Assembly: GCA_965277535.1 (NCBI GenBank)
Contig: OZ255825.1
Coordinates: forward strand, 900,227 to 964,226
Direction: 5' to 3'
Length of the DNA: 64,000 nucleotides
Source of the DNA: Ilyomonas sp.
GTDB lineage: Bacteria > Bacteroidota > Bacteroidia > Chitinophagales > Chitinophagaceae
Below, in pieces: positions 28,229-38,062 of the stretch (position 1 is its first letter; the number at the start of each line of letters is the position of its first letter). The translations under genes were made by a program, and so were the position numbers. A model generated the notes under the pieces. That model ran no database searches and was not told where the DNA came from. It worked only from the letters and a program-made list of their open reading frames with translations.

Positions 28229-30619
28229 TTACTCCGTTCGCAAACTCTTCACCGGGTTGGCTATGGCTGCTTTAATAGCTTGAAAACTTACGGTTGCAAA
28301 TGTTATCAACAACGTAACAATTCCGGTAACAACAAATACCCACCACCTAATGCTGATACGGTATTGATAATTTTGCAGCCAGTTATGCATTGCCCACCAC
28401 GCAATAGGAAATGCAACAAGCAGAGCAATGGCTGCAAGACGTATAAATTCTTTTGACAATACAGCAACAATGTTACTGACAGATGCACCCAACACTTTGC
28501 GCACACCAATTTCTTTTGTTCGTTGCTGCGCAGTGTAAACCGATAGCCCAAACAAGCCTAAGCAAGCCAGTACAATAGCAATGGTTGAAAACAAATTCAT
28601 CAGGGTGCCAAGCCTTAATTCCGCTTTATATAGTTTATTGTAATCGTCATCTAAAAAGCGATAATCAAAGGGTCGTTCGGGTACCAACTCCTTCCATTTT
28701 GTTGCTAAAAAAGAAAGAGTTTGAGGCATGTTGTGTCCGCTGATTTTTATCAGCAATTCTCTATCGCCTTGTTCAGGAAACAAAATGATGGGCTTGATAG
28801 GATTGTGCAACGATTCAAAATGAAAATCTTTTACCACGCCTTTTACATAGCCCGGTCGTGTAGCATCCAAAAACATTTTTTTGCCTATGGCTTCCTGTGG
28901 TGTCCAGCCCAATTGTTTTGCTGCTGATTCATTCAAAATAAAATGAAACAGTTTTTGTTTTTGTTCATCACTTACATCTTTTATGTCCTGTTCGGTAAGG
29001 TTGCTGCCTGCAACCAACTGCAACCCGGTAGTGTTTATAAAATCTTCATCAACAGGATTGGCGGTAACGGCAAGTTGTTCATTTTCGGGCATTTGGGCAG
29101 AGCGCATATTGTATCCGCCACCGCCTTCTACGGGTGAACGGTAACAGGCTGAAACGCTTGCTACATCAGGATTTTGCTTTAGTTGCTGCTTGATAAGAGG
29201 AATGCGGTTTTGTAGTTGATAACCTGTATTGATTACCAACACATGCTCACGATCGTAACCCAATTTTTTATGTTGAATGAAATACAACTGCTGCTTAATG
29301 ATGAAAGTAGATACAATCAAAAACACAGAAATAACAAACTGAAAAACGATGAGCGATTTCCGAAGCCATTGCGCTGAGCCTGTATTTTTAAATGCACCTT
29401 TTAAAACTTTTACGGGCTGAAATTGCGATAAAATAAAAGCCGGATAACTGCCTGCCAACAGGCTGATGCAAACAATAGCAAAAACAATAACGAGAAGAAA
29501 AGGCAAAGAAAAGATGCCGCTTACAGGCAGTTGTTTATCGGTTAACAGATTGAAGGGAGGCAGCAGCATTGCTGCTGCAATTAAACTTATGACAACAGCG
29601 ATACAACATAAAGCAAACGACTCGCTGATGAACTGCCAGAATATTTGTTTTTTACCGGCGCCGATTACCTTTCGCACACCTACTTCCTTTGCGCGTTCCA
29701 CCGAACGTGCTGTGCTTAAGTTGATGTAAGTAAAACATGCGATAATAAGAATCAGCAACGCAACAGCAGCCAGAATGTAAATGTAAGTAATACTGTTGTT
29801 TGGCTCGAAGCCGCCGTATTCCGAGTGCAGATGGATGCTCCTAAATGGCTCTAAATAAAAGTTTACAGTAGCTTCTGATCCCTGCATTTCCTTTTTCATA
29901 AAAGAAGGCAGCTTTGCCTGCAAGGAAGCAATGGCAGCCTGATTTTTTAATAAAAGAAAAGTTGTATAGTTGGCATCCCAGTACGTGTCCTCATAATCTT
30001 TTGTAATACCTAATGAAGAAAACGAAGCGAGAAAATCAAATTTAATTTGCGAGTTGGACGGACAGTCCGGCATCACGCCGGTGATTTGATACAGGTTGCT
30101 GTCGCTGCTTACTTTCAACGCTTTGCCAACCGGATTTTCGTTACCGAAATACTTATGAGCCGCCGATTGGGTAATGATTAGATTATACGGCAAAACCAAA
30201 GCTTTGCGCGGGTTTCCGCTGAGTAAGCGAAATGAAAAGATGTTGAAGAAAGAAGGATCGGCATACATAAAACGCTTCTCGGTAAAGAGCTTATCTTTAT
30301 AAGCCACTACCCTTTCTGCCTGTGTCATTTTTACTGCCGATTCTACCTCAGGAAACGTTCTTTTAAACACCGGCGCTACACGCACACTGGTAAAGTTTCC
30401 TTTCATCGATTCGGCCCCGCTAAACTTGTATTCCATAATAACCCGCACGATGCGGTTGCCATTTTTTTGAAAAGCATCATAGCTTACTTCATGCTGTATA
30501 TACAACGCAATGAGCAAACAACTGGTGATGCCAACCGTAAGACCAAAAACATTAATAAAAGAAGCCGTTTTATTTTTCAACAGCTTGCGAAAAATGATTT
30601 TGAAATAATTTCTCAACAT
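28229..30619 (-). CDS. MacB/FtsX-like ABC permease, copy 5 (796 aa)
   Basis: Start set at MLRNYFK. Two FtsX motifs. Ends ANPVKSLRTE. Confidence 0.92.
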   Translation of the reverse strand: MLRNYFKIIFRKLLKNKTASFINVFGLTVGITSCLLIALYIQHEVSYDAFQKNGNRIVRVIMEYKFSGAESMKGNFTSVRVAPVFKRTFPEVESAVKMTQAERVVAYKDKLFTEKRFMYADPSFFNIFSFRLLSGNPRKALVLPYNLIITQSAAHKYFGNENPVGKALKVSSDSNLYQITGVMPDCPSNSQIKFDFLASFSSLGITKDYEDTYWDANYTTFLLLKNQAAIASLQAKLPSFMKKEMQGSEATVNFYLEPFRSIHLHSEYGGFEPNNSITYIYILAAVALLILIIACFTYINLSTARSVERAKEVGVRKVIGAGKKQIFWQFISESFALCCIAVVISLIAAAMLLPPFNLLTDKQLPVSGIFSLPFLLVIVFAIVCISLLAGSYPAFILSQFQPVKVLKGAFKNTGSAQWLRKSLIVFQFVISVFLIVSTFIIKQQLYFIQHKKLGYDREHVLVINTGYQLQNRIPLIKQQLKQNPDVASVSACYRSPVEGGGGYNMRSAQMPENEQLAVTANPVDEDFINTTGLQLVAGSNLTEQDIKDVSDEQKQKLFHFILNESAAKQLGWTPQEAIGKKMFLDATRPGYVKGVVKDFHFESLHNPIKPIILFPEQGDRELLIKISGHNMPQTLSFLATKWKELVPERPFDYRFLDDDYNKLYKAELRLGTLMNLFSTIAIVLACLGLFGLSVYTAQQRTKEIGVRKVLGASVSNIVAVLSKEFIRLAAIALLVAFPIAWWAMHNWLQNYQYRISIRWWVFVVTGIVTLLITFATVSFQAIKAAIANPVKSLRTE

Positions 30620-30664
30620 ACATTTTGTTTTATGATGGTTGATTTTGTTTTTACGTGTTTTTCT

Positions 30665-30700
30665 TCCCTTTTCCACTCATGGCAAGGGTTAGGGATAAGG
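30665..30700. repeat. Decayed REP-like palindrome, family D
   Basis: TCCCTTTTCCACTCATGGCAAGGGTTAGGGATAAGG, abutting the stop of copy 4. Confidence 0.7.
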
Positions 30701-33079
30701 TCATTCTGTTCGCAAGCTTTTCACTGGATTGGCCATGGCTGCTTTGATGGCTTTTATGCTTACCGTTATCAGTGCAATTCCAAATGTTATCAACGCTGCC
30801 AGTAAAAACATCCACCAATGCAATGTGGTTTTGTAAGCGAAGTTTTGCAGCCATTTGTTCATCGCCCAGTAACCAACGGGCAATGCGATGCAGGTTGCAA
30901 TGACAACAGGTTTCAACAAATCTTTTGACAGCAACACAACAATATCCTGTACCGAAGAACCCAACACTTTTCTTACACCAATTTCTTTAAACCGTTTGGT
31001 TGCGGCGAAGGATGCCAATCCAAACAAACCCAAACAGGCAACAAAAATGGCGAGGCCTGCAAACAGGGTTAAGATGGTTTGTTGCCGCAAGTCTTTTTGA
31101 TACAATTCATTAAACTGTTCATCCAAAAAACGGTATTCCAAAGGATAGGACGGCGCTACTTTGCTGTACTCGTCTTTTACAGCAGCAATAGCTTCCCGCA
31201 GATTGCCCGGCTTGATTTTTATTAACGCAACTCTCCTATCCATAGCAGGCGAAATCACCAGCGCATCCATCTTTTCTTTCAGCGATAAAAAATGAAAGTC
31301 TTCCACCACGCCAACAATTCTGCGTTTGGTACTGTCACGAATGGTATTCTGAATCCATTTGCCAACGGCGGCTTCGGGTGTCCAGCCAAACTTAGTAGCA
31401 GCCGTCCGGTTAAGTAAAACTGCATCCGTGGTATCGGAAGGAAACTGTGCCGAAAAATCTCTGCCCGCAATGACTTGCAAGCCCAATGTTTTTACAAACT
31501 GAAAGTCGGCAAACTCGGTTCTTGCATCCCATCTTTCAGGATGACCTTCCACATCAAAAGGGTGTATATCATAATAGCCGCCGGGCTCGCCCGACATCAT
31601 GGATACCGATTCAACAGACCGGTTGTTTTGCAAGTCGGTTTTGAAAACGTTCATGTGGTTATAGAAATCACCGTTGTCTATCGGCACGATTACCGTTTGC
31701 TCATTGTTGTAACCTAATTGTTTGTTTTTTACAAAACTCATTTGTTTGGTAATGACAATGGTACCAACGATGAGAAATACAGAAATGCTGAACTGAACAA
31801 CAACCAAAGCTTGTCTGAAGGTTGATCCGCCTTTGCCCAATCGCAATTTTCCTTTTAAAGCTTGTATGGGCGAGAATGCAGAAAGAAAAAAAGCAGGATA
31901 ACTACCCGCTAAAAAGCCCACAATAATAATAATACCAACAAGGAATAAATAGATAGGCAAAGCATTCCATGACACCGTTAATGAGTAGCCGAGTAATTGA
32001 TTATACCAGGGCATACACAACAGCAACAAGCCAACTGACAACAAGCAGGAAATGGTAGTTAATAAAAGGGATTCACCAATAAACTGCAAAACCAAATGAT
32101 TGCGCAACGCGCCCAATACTTTGCGCAAGCCCACTTCTTTTGAACGCTCTACTGCACGAATGGTCGAGAGGTTCATAAAGTTGATGCAGGCAATCAACAG
32201 AATCAACACAGCAATGGAAAGAAAAATAAACACAACCGTTTTATCGCCGTGCTTTGCATGATCGAAGGCAGCATTGTTGAAATAGACATCCTTCAAGGGT
32301 GTGATGGAAAGCGAAAACCGCAAGCCATATTTTCTCATATCACTGCCCATGTATTTTTCCATGAATGCAGGCAATTGCTTTTCAATCTGCGACTGATTTA
32401 CATGTGAATCAAGTAACACATAAGTATATATGCCGTTATTAATCCATGTTGTCATCCAGCTTCTGTCTTTATAATTGGAAAGCGGAACAACAAGGTCAAA
32501 ATCAAGATGTGAATTAGAAGGCACATCCTTGGCAATGCCCGTTACTTTCAGGGGCAATTCTTTGTCAACCATAATTACTTTGCCCATTGCATTCTCAATG
32601 CTTCCAAAGTATTTTTTCGCTGTTGATTCTGTTAGCACAACGCTGTTAGGATTCTTCAGAACGGTTGCTACGTTACCATTGATTAATGGGAAAGTAAAAA
32701 GGCTGAAAAAATCAGAGTCAACATCAACTACTTTCTTTTCGTGAAACGATTTGTTACCAATCGTTACCAGATTGTCTGTTGGATTTACGCGAACGGCCTT
32801 TACAATTTCGCCTTTAAAATCGTTCAGCAAAGCCGGTGCATAAGGACCCGATAAATAAGCCACACTTGCCGCCTTTCCTTCATTGCTAAACCGGCGCATC
32901 ACGCGGTATATATGGTCTTTGTTTTTGTTGAAATTGTCAACACTAAATTCATTCATGATGAAAAGGAAAATCATCATGCAAACGGTGATGCCGATGGTCA
33001 AACCAAGTATGTTGATGATGGAAAACACTTTGTTTTTCACCAGGTTCCGCCATGCGGTTTTGAAATAATTTTTTATCAT
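30701..33079 (-). CDS. MacB/FtsX-like ABC permease, copy 4 (792 aa)
   Basis: Start set at MIKNYFK. Two FtsX motifs. Ends ANPVKSLRTE. Confidence 0.92.
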   Translation of the reverse strand: MIKNYFKTAWRNLVKNKVFSIINILGLTIGITVCMMIFLFIMNEFSVDNFNKNKDHIYRVMRRFSNEGKAASVAYLSGPYAPALLNDFKGEIVKAVRVNPTDNLVTIGNKSFHEKKVVDVDSDFFSLFTFPLINGNVATVLKNPNSVVLTESTAKKYFGSIENAMGKVIMVDKELPLKVTGIAKDVPSNSHLDFDLVVPLSNYKDRSWMTTWINNGIYTYVLLDSHVNQSQIEKQLPAFMEKYMGSDMRKYGLRFSLSITPLKDVYFNNAAFDHAKHGDKTVVFIFLSIAVLILLIACINFMNLSTIRAVERSKEVGLRKVLGALRNHLVLQFIGESLLLTTISCLLSVGLLLLCMPWYNQLLGYSLTVSWNALPIYLFLVGIIIIVGFLAGSYPAFFLSAFSPIQALKGKLRLGKGGSTFRQALVVVQFSISVFLIVGTIVITKQMSFVKNKQLGYNNEQTVIVPIDNGDFYNHMNVFKTDLQNNRSVESVSMMSGEPGGYYDIHPFDVEGHPERWDARTEFADFQFVKTLGLQVIAGRDFSAQFPSDTTDAVLLNRTAATKFGWTPEAAVGKWIQNTIRDSTKRRIVGVVEDFHFLSLKEKMDALVISPAMDRRVALIKIKPGNLREAIAAVKDEYSKVAPSYPLEYRFLDEQFNELYQKDLRQQTILTLFAGLAIFVACLGLFGLASFAATKRFKEIGVRKVLGSSVQDIVVLLSKDLLKPVVIATCIALPVGYWAMNKWLQNFAYKTTLHWWMFLLAALITFGIALITVSIKAIKAAMANPVKSLRTE

Positions 33080-33080
33080 T

Positions 33081-33162
33081 GTCTGAACCAGGATTTTATA
33101 TGATGTAACTGATTTATCTGATTTGCTTGCCGCCACTCACTACTCACCATTCACCACTCACA
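33081..33162. repeat. Composite spacer: family B (GTCTGAACCAGGATTT...) plus CTCACTA/TTCACCA heptamers
   Basis: Close homolog of 37977-38060. Confidence 0.8.
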
Positions 33163-33165
33163 TTC

Positions 33166-35538
33166 TTATTCGGTTCGTAAGCTTTTCACAGGATTGGCAA
33201 TGGCAGCCTTAATGGATTGAAAGCTTACTGTTATCAATGCAATCAACAATGCACCAACGCCGGCCAATAAAAAGATCCACCACTGTATTGTTGTGCGATA
33301 GGTATAATTCTGCAGCCAATTGTTCATAAACCACCAGGCTACAGGAAAAGCAATGATGCATGAAATTGTTACGAGTTGTAAAAAATCTTTTGCCAGCAAA
33401 CCGGTAAGCCCGGCAACAGAAGCGCCTAATACTTTCCGAATACCAATTTCTTTTGTGCGGCGTTCAGCAGTATATGCAGCTAATCCAAATAAGCCGAGAC
33501 ATGAAATAAAAATGGCGAGCATCGCAAACACACCGGCAAGTTTACCGATGAGTGTTTCGGAAGAAAATAGCTCATCAAAATCTTTATCAGCAAATTTGTA
33601 TTCAAATGGAAAGCCTGGATTTTCTGACTTCATTACTGCTTCAGTTTTTTCTAACGCCTGCGATAAGTTTACATTAGGTTTAAATCGCACCGCCATTACT
33701 GTAGCTGCATAACCGCCATCGAATAATACAAGCGGTGCACTTTTACCGTACACATCATTGTAAATGAAATCTTTAATAATACCTACTATAGTTAGTTTGT
33801 ATGTTCCTGAAGTAATGATACTTCCAAGCTTTCCTTCTTTTCCCATTAGGCTTGCCATGCTTTGGTTAATGATAATATGGGTGCTATCTGCAATACCCGG
33901 ATAAAAATCCCTGCCATTAATCAATTGCATGCGCATGGTAGGCAGATACTCAGCGCTTACTACATTTGAATGAATGGGCAACTTAGCATTTGGATTTTTG
34001 CCCTGCCAGCTAAATCCGTCCCCAACACTATAGATATGCAAAGCATCATGCAGACTCATTGCTGCATTCTCCACATAACCCGTTGCAATAAGACTGTTTT
34101 TAATTTCGCTGAAATGATCTTTCATGTTGCCCTGCAAGTTCATATAGATAAGATTGTTCTTATTGTATCCGAGGTCTCTGTCTTTAATATATTGAACCTG
34201 CTTATACACGATGATAGTCGAAATGATGAGTATAACAGACGCTGCAAACTGCGTTATCACAAGACCTTTGCGAATTAAAACAACAGCACCTGAACTTTTT
34301 ACTTTAATTCCTTTTAATACTTTTATCGGATTGAATGATGATAAGTAAAATGCAGGATAGCTGCCTGCAACAAGACCTGTTATAATTACGATGCCTAAGA
34401 GGCAACCGAGATGTAAAGGATTCGACAAATCAACAGATAGTTGTTTTTGTACAAGCACATTGTAAAATGGCAACAATGCATATAACAATCCAACAGCTAA
34501 TAACACAGCAATGAATGACATGAGTAATGATTCGCTGATGAACTTTCCTATCAATCTTTTCTTGCCTGCGCCCATCACTTTAAGCACACCTACTTCTTTA
34601 GCACGTTGCTCTGAGCGGGCAGTGCAAAGATTCATAAAATTGATGCACGCAATAAGCAGAATGATAAGTGCTATAGTTGAAAAAAGCTTTACATATTTTA
34701 TGCTGCCGCCATCTTGCACACCATTCGCAAAGTTGCTGCGCAGATGCCAGTCATTCATACTAAAAAGAAATAATTGATTGACTGCACCATCTACTTTAGT
34801 ACCTAAATAATGAATTAGCTTTTTATTGATTGATACAGGGTTTGCCGTTGGTGACAATTCAACAATTGTTTCAGTAAGATTATTGTTCCAGGGCTTTAGC
34901 CATGTATTTGCATCTTCCCATGTGGTATAAGGTGAAAGCCACTGAAAATGATAATAACAATTTGCAGGCAAATCTTTGAAAATACCGGTAACAGTGTACA
35001 ACCCATCAACACTGTAAGCAGCTTTTGCATTCATTTTAATTACTTTACCAACAGGATTGCTGTTGCCAAAAAACTTTTTTGACATCGATTCACTAATCAC
35101 AACAGCATTAGGATTGTTTAATGCGGTAAAAGCACTTCCATAAACAAAAGGCAGGGTATACATGGAAAGAACTGAAGGATCAGCGTACATGCCATTTTCT
35201 TTAATGGACTTATCACCTACCATTGCCAGTTCATCCATCGCCCAGCTAAGACGACCACTGTTAACGATACCCGGTATATCTGTTTTTAATGCAGCAGCCA
35301 GCGGACCCGGTGTTGAACCATTGGTGTTTATACCCGCATCACTTTTTTCATTTTGCATAACATGATACAGGTTATCACGTTTGGCAAAATTGTGATTGAA
35401 GGTAAATTCATCTTCAACCCATAAAAAAATGAATGCAGCACAGGAAATGCCTATAGCCAAACCAAAAATGTTTAAGAAGCTGTAAGTTTTATTTTTCAAA
35501 AGACTGCGGAATGTTGTTTTGAAGAAATTCATAAACAT
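33166..35538 (-). CDS. MacB/FtsX-like ABC permease, copy 3 (790 aa)
   Basis: Two FtsX motifs. Ends ANPVKSLRTE. Confidence 0.92.
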   Translation of the reverse strand: MFMNFFKTTFRSLLKNKTYSFLNIFGLAIGISCAAFIFLWVEDEFTFNHNFAKRDNLYHVMQNEKSDAGINTNGSTPGPLAAALKTDIPGIVNSGRLSWAMDELAMVGDKSIKENGMYADPSVLSMYTLPFVYGSAFTALNNPNAVVISESMSKKFFGNSNPVGKVIKMNAKAAYSVDGLYTVTGIFKDLPANCYYHFQWLSPYTTWEDANTWLKPWNNNLTETIVELSPTANPVSINKKLIHYLGTKVDGAVNQLFLFSMNDWHLRSNFANGVQDGGSIKYVKLFSTIALIILLIACINFMNLCTARSEQRAKEVGVLKVMGAGKKRLIGKFISESLLMSFIAVLLAVGLLYALLPFYNVLVQKQLSVDLSNPLHLGCLLGIVIITGLVAGSYPAFYLSSFNPIKVLKGIKVKSSGAVVLIRKGLVITQFAASVILIISTIIVYKQVQYIKDRDLGYNKNNLIYMNLQGNMKDHFSEIKNSLIATGYVENAAMSLHDALHIYSVGDGFSWQGKNPNAKLPIHSNVVSAEYLPTMRMQLINGRDFYPGIADSTHIIINQSMASLMGKEGKLGSIITSGTYKLTIVGIIKDFIYNDVYGKSAPLVLFDGGYAATVMAVRFKPNVNLSQALEKTEAVMKSENPGFPFEYKFADKDFDELFSSETLIGKLAGVFAMLAIFISCLGLFGLAAYTAERRTKEIGIRKVLGASVAGLTGLLAKDFLQLVTISCIIAFPVAWWFMNNWLQNYTYRTTIQWWIFLLAGVGALLIALITVSFQSIKAAIANPVKSLRTE

Positions 35539-35567
35539 GTTGTTATTATTTTAAAATTAAAATAGTT

Positions 35568-37976
35568 TTATTCCGTTCTCAAGCTCTTCACCGGATTGGC
35601 AATCGCCGCTTTAATGGCTTGAAAACTCACTGTAACCAAGGCAATCAATAATGTAATTATTCCTGCAAAAACAAACACCCACCAACTTACCTGAATGCGA
35701 TACGCAAAGCTTTGCAGCCATTTGTTCATTGCCCACCAGGCCGCAGGAAAAGCAATGACTGATGCAATGAAAACCAGTTTTGCAAAGTCTTTAGAAAGCA
35801 TTCCGGTTACCTGGCTCACGCTTGCTCCCAACACTTTTCTGATACCAATTTCTTTGGTACGTTGCTCGGCAGTATAAGTAGCCAATCCAAACAAACCAAG
35901 ACAGGCAACAAAAATGGTCAGGATTGAAAACAGGTTGAGGATGGTTCCTGTTTTTTGTTCAGCAGAGTATGTTTTATTAAAAAGGTCATCTATAAAACTG
36001 TAAGTAAAAGGCTCACCGGTGTTATAACTTTCCCACTGCCTTTTCATGAAAGAAAGTAAGCCTGCAACGTCTTTTGTTTTTACCTTAAAAACAAGTCCAC
36101 CTTCAGGTTGAAGCGTCATAAACAAAGGGCTAACCGCTTCATGCAATGATTTGAAATTGAAATTTTTTACGACACCAATGACATGATAAGCAAAGTTGTT
36201 GCCTCTGTCGCTATTCTGCCTGATGATTGTTTTTCCAATAGCCGTTGTATTGTTCCAACCCAACGCCTTTGCTGCGGTTTCATTTAAAAGAATGGCTGAA
36301 GAATCGGTTGCAAAATCTTTAGAAAAATTTCTTCCGCTTGCCATCTTCATATCAAACGTTGGTATGTAATTTTCATCAACATGATAATCCACACCATTTA
36401 CAATTAAATGATCGTTGCCCTGCGGGTAAGCCAGTGCATTGTTGTAATTGCTAGGACCGGCAGGCTTGTACCACGACATGGTTGCATTTACAATTCTTGG
36501 GTCTTGCAGCATTTGTTGTTTAAACGCTCCTTCGTTCTTGCCCAAAACATAAGAGTTGGGAAGGGTAATGAGTTGCTCTTTGTTATAACCCAAATCTTTG
36601 TTTTGAATAAACTTCATCTGCTGATAAACTACAATTGTTCCGATGATCAACCCGGTAGAAATAAAAAATTGAAACACGACCAGACCGCTTCTTAAGCCAA
36701 AGCTTTTGTTATGGCTTGTGAATTTTCCTTTTAAAACAGCGATGGGTTTGAAAGAGGATAAATAGAAGGCCGGATACATACCTGCCACTATACCAACCAA
36801 CAACCCCAATGCAACAAAAGCGATGATTGGTTTTGCATCAAAATGCAAATGTTTATCTGCTATAGCGTTGAATGCCGGCAATGCGAGTTGCACCATGGCA
36901 AATGCAACCAACAAGGCAAACAGGGTTATCATCACTGATTCTGATAAAAATTGTTTGATGAGTTGAACTCTGCCTGAGCCTGCTACTTTTCTTATACCAA
37001 CTTCTTTTGCCCGCCTGGCAGCACCGGCAGTTGACAGGTTGATAAAATTGATGCAGGCAATCATCAACATAAAAATGGCAATACCACCAAAGATGTACAC
37101 ATACATGGCATTGCCACCAGGTTCAAATTCGTTGTTGGTTGTGGAGTGTAAATGAATATCAGTTAATGGCTGCAATTGGAAGCCAAGCGAGTTACCTTTT
37201 GTTCTGAACTGCTGAAGGCTTAATCCCATTCGCTGTTGAATTTGCGGCCCCATATACTTTGCCACCATGTCCGGAAACCTCGCTTCCATTTTTGTAAGAT
37301 CTGCGCCCGGACGGAGCAAAAGATAAGTGTGATAACCACCGTCCATCCAGGAATCAGACTTAGCATCTTGCCAGCCGGTCATCGAACCAAACATATCAAA
37401 ATGAAAATGCGAGTTTGCCGGAAGGTTTTGGATAACGCCTGTTACTTTATAAGAGTCCGTATTGTTAAAGCTGAGCGTTTTGCCAAGCGCGTTTTCTTTA
37501 CCAAAATACTTTTCTGCCGTTGATTTTGTAATGACGATTGTATGTGGTTGCTGTAATGCAGTTTTTGCATTTCCCTCAATCATTGGCAAAGTGAACAGGC
37601 TGAAGAAGTTGGGATCAACAAAAGCAAATTGATCATCTTTAAAAGTCTTTTCCTGGTAGGTAACTTTTGATGCACCCATATTCAAAAGCCTTGTTGCGTC
37701 CTCTACTTCAGGAAAATCTTTCTTCATTGTTTGCGCAACCGGCGGCATGGCAATGCTTTCATTGATTTCACCTCCGTTGATGTTGGCATGAAAAACAACG
37801 CGCACAATGTTGGCAGCATTTACATTGAATTTGTCATAGCTCATCTCATCCTGCACATATAGCATGATGATAAAACAAGTGGCAATGCCAATGGATAATC
37901 CAAGAATATTAATGATGGAGAAAAGTTTGTTTTTGCGGATATTTCGCCATGCGATTTTGAAATAATTTTTAAACAT
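35568..37976 (-). CDS. MacB/FtsX-like ABC permease, copy 2 (802 aa)
   Basis: MFKNYFK start, two FtsX motifs, ANPVKSLRTE end. Confidence 0.92.
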   Translation of the reverse strand: MFKNYFKIAWRNIRKNKLFSIINILGLSIGIATCFIIMLYVQDEMSYDKFNVNAANIVRVVFHANINGGEINESIAMPPVAQTMKKDFPEVEDATRLLNMGASKVTYQEKTFKDDQFAFVDPNFFSLFTLPMIEGNAKTALQQPHTIVITKSTAEKYFGKENALGKTLSFNNTDSYKVTGVIQNLPANSHFHFDMFGSMTGWQDAKSDSWMDGGYHTYLLLRPGADLTKMEARFPDMVAKYMGPQIQQRMGLSLQQFRTKGNSLGFQLQPLTDIHLHSTTNNEFEPGGNAMYVYIFGGIAIFMLMIACINFINLSTAGAARRAKEVGIRKVAGSGRVQLIKQFLSESVMITLFALLVAFAMVQLALPAFNAIADKHLHFDAKPIIAFVALGLLVGIVAGMYPAFYLSSFKPIAVLKGKFTSHNKSFGLRSGLVVFQFFISTGLIIGTIVVYQQMKFIQNKDLGYNKEQLITLPNSYVLGKNEGAFKQQMLQDPRIVNATMSWYKPAGPSNYNNALAYPQGNDHLIVNGVDYHVDENYIPTFDMKMASGRNFSKDFATDSSAILLNETAAKALGWNNTTAIGKTIIRQNSDRGNNFAYHVIGVVKNFNFKSLHEAVSPLFMTLQPEGGLVFKVKTKDVAGLLSFMKRQWESYNTGEPFTYSFIDDLFNKTYSAEQKTGTILNLFSILTIFVACLGLFGLATYTAEQRTKEIGIRKVLGASVSQVTGMLSKDFAKLVFIASVIAFPAAWWAMNKWLQSFAYRIQVSWWVFVFAGIITLLIALVTVSFQAIKAAIANPVKSLRTE

Positions 37977-38060
37977 GTCTGAACCAGGATTTATATGTTG
38001 TAACTGATTTGTCTGATTTCTTTGCCCGCCACCTCACTACTCACAATTCACTACTCACCA
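37977..38060. repeat. Composite spacer: family B plus heptamers
   Basis: Close homolog of 33081-33162. Confidence 0.8.
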
Positions 38061-38062
38061 TC

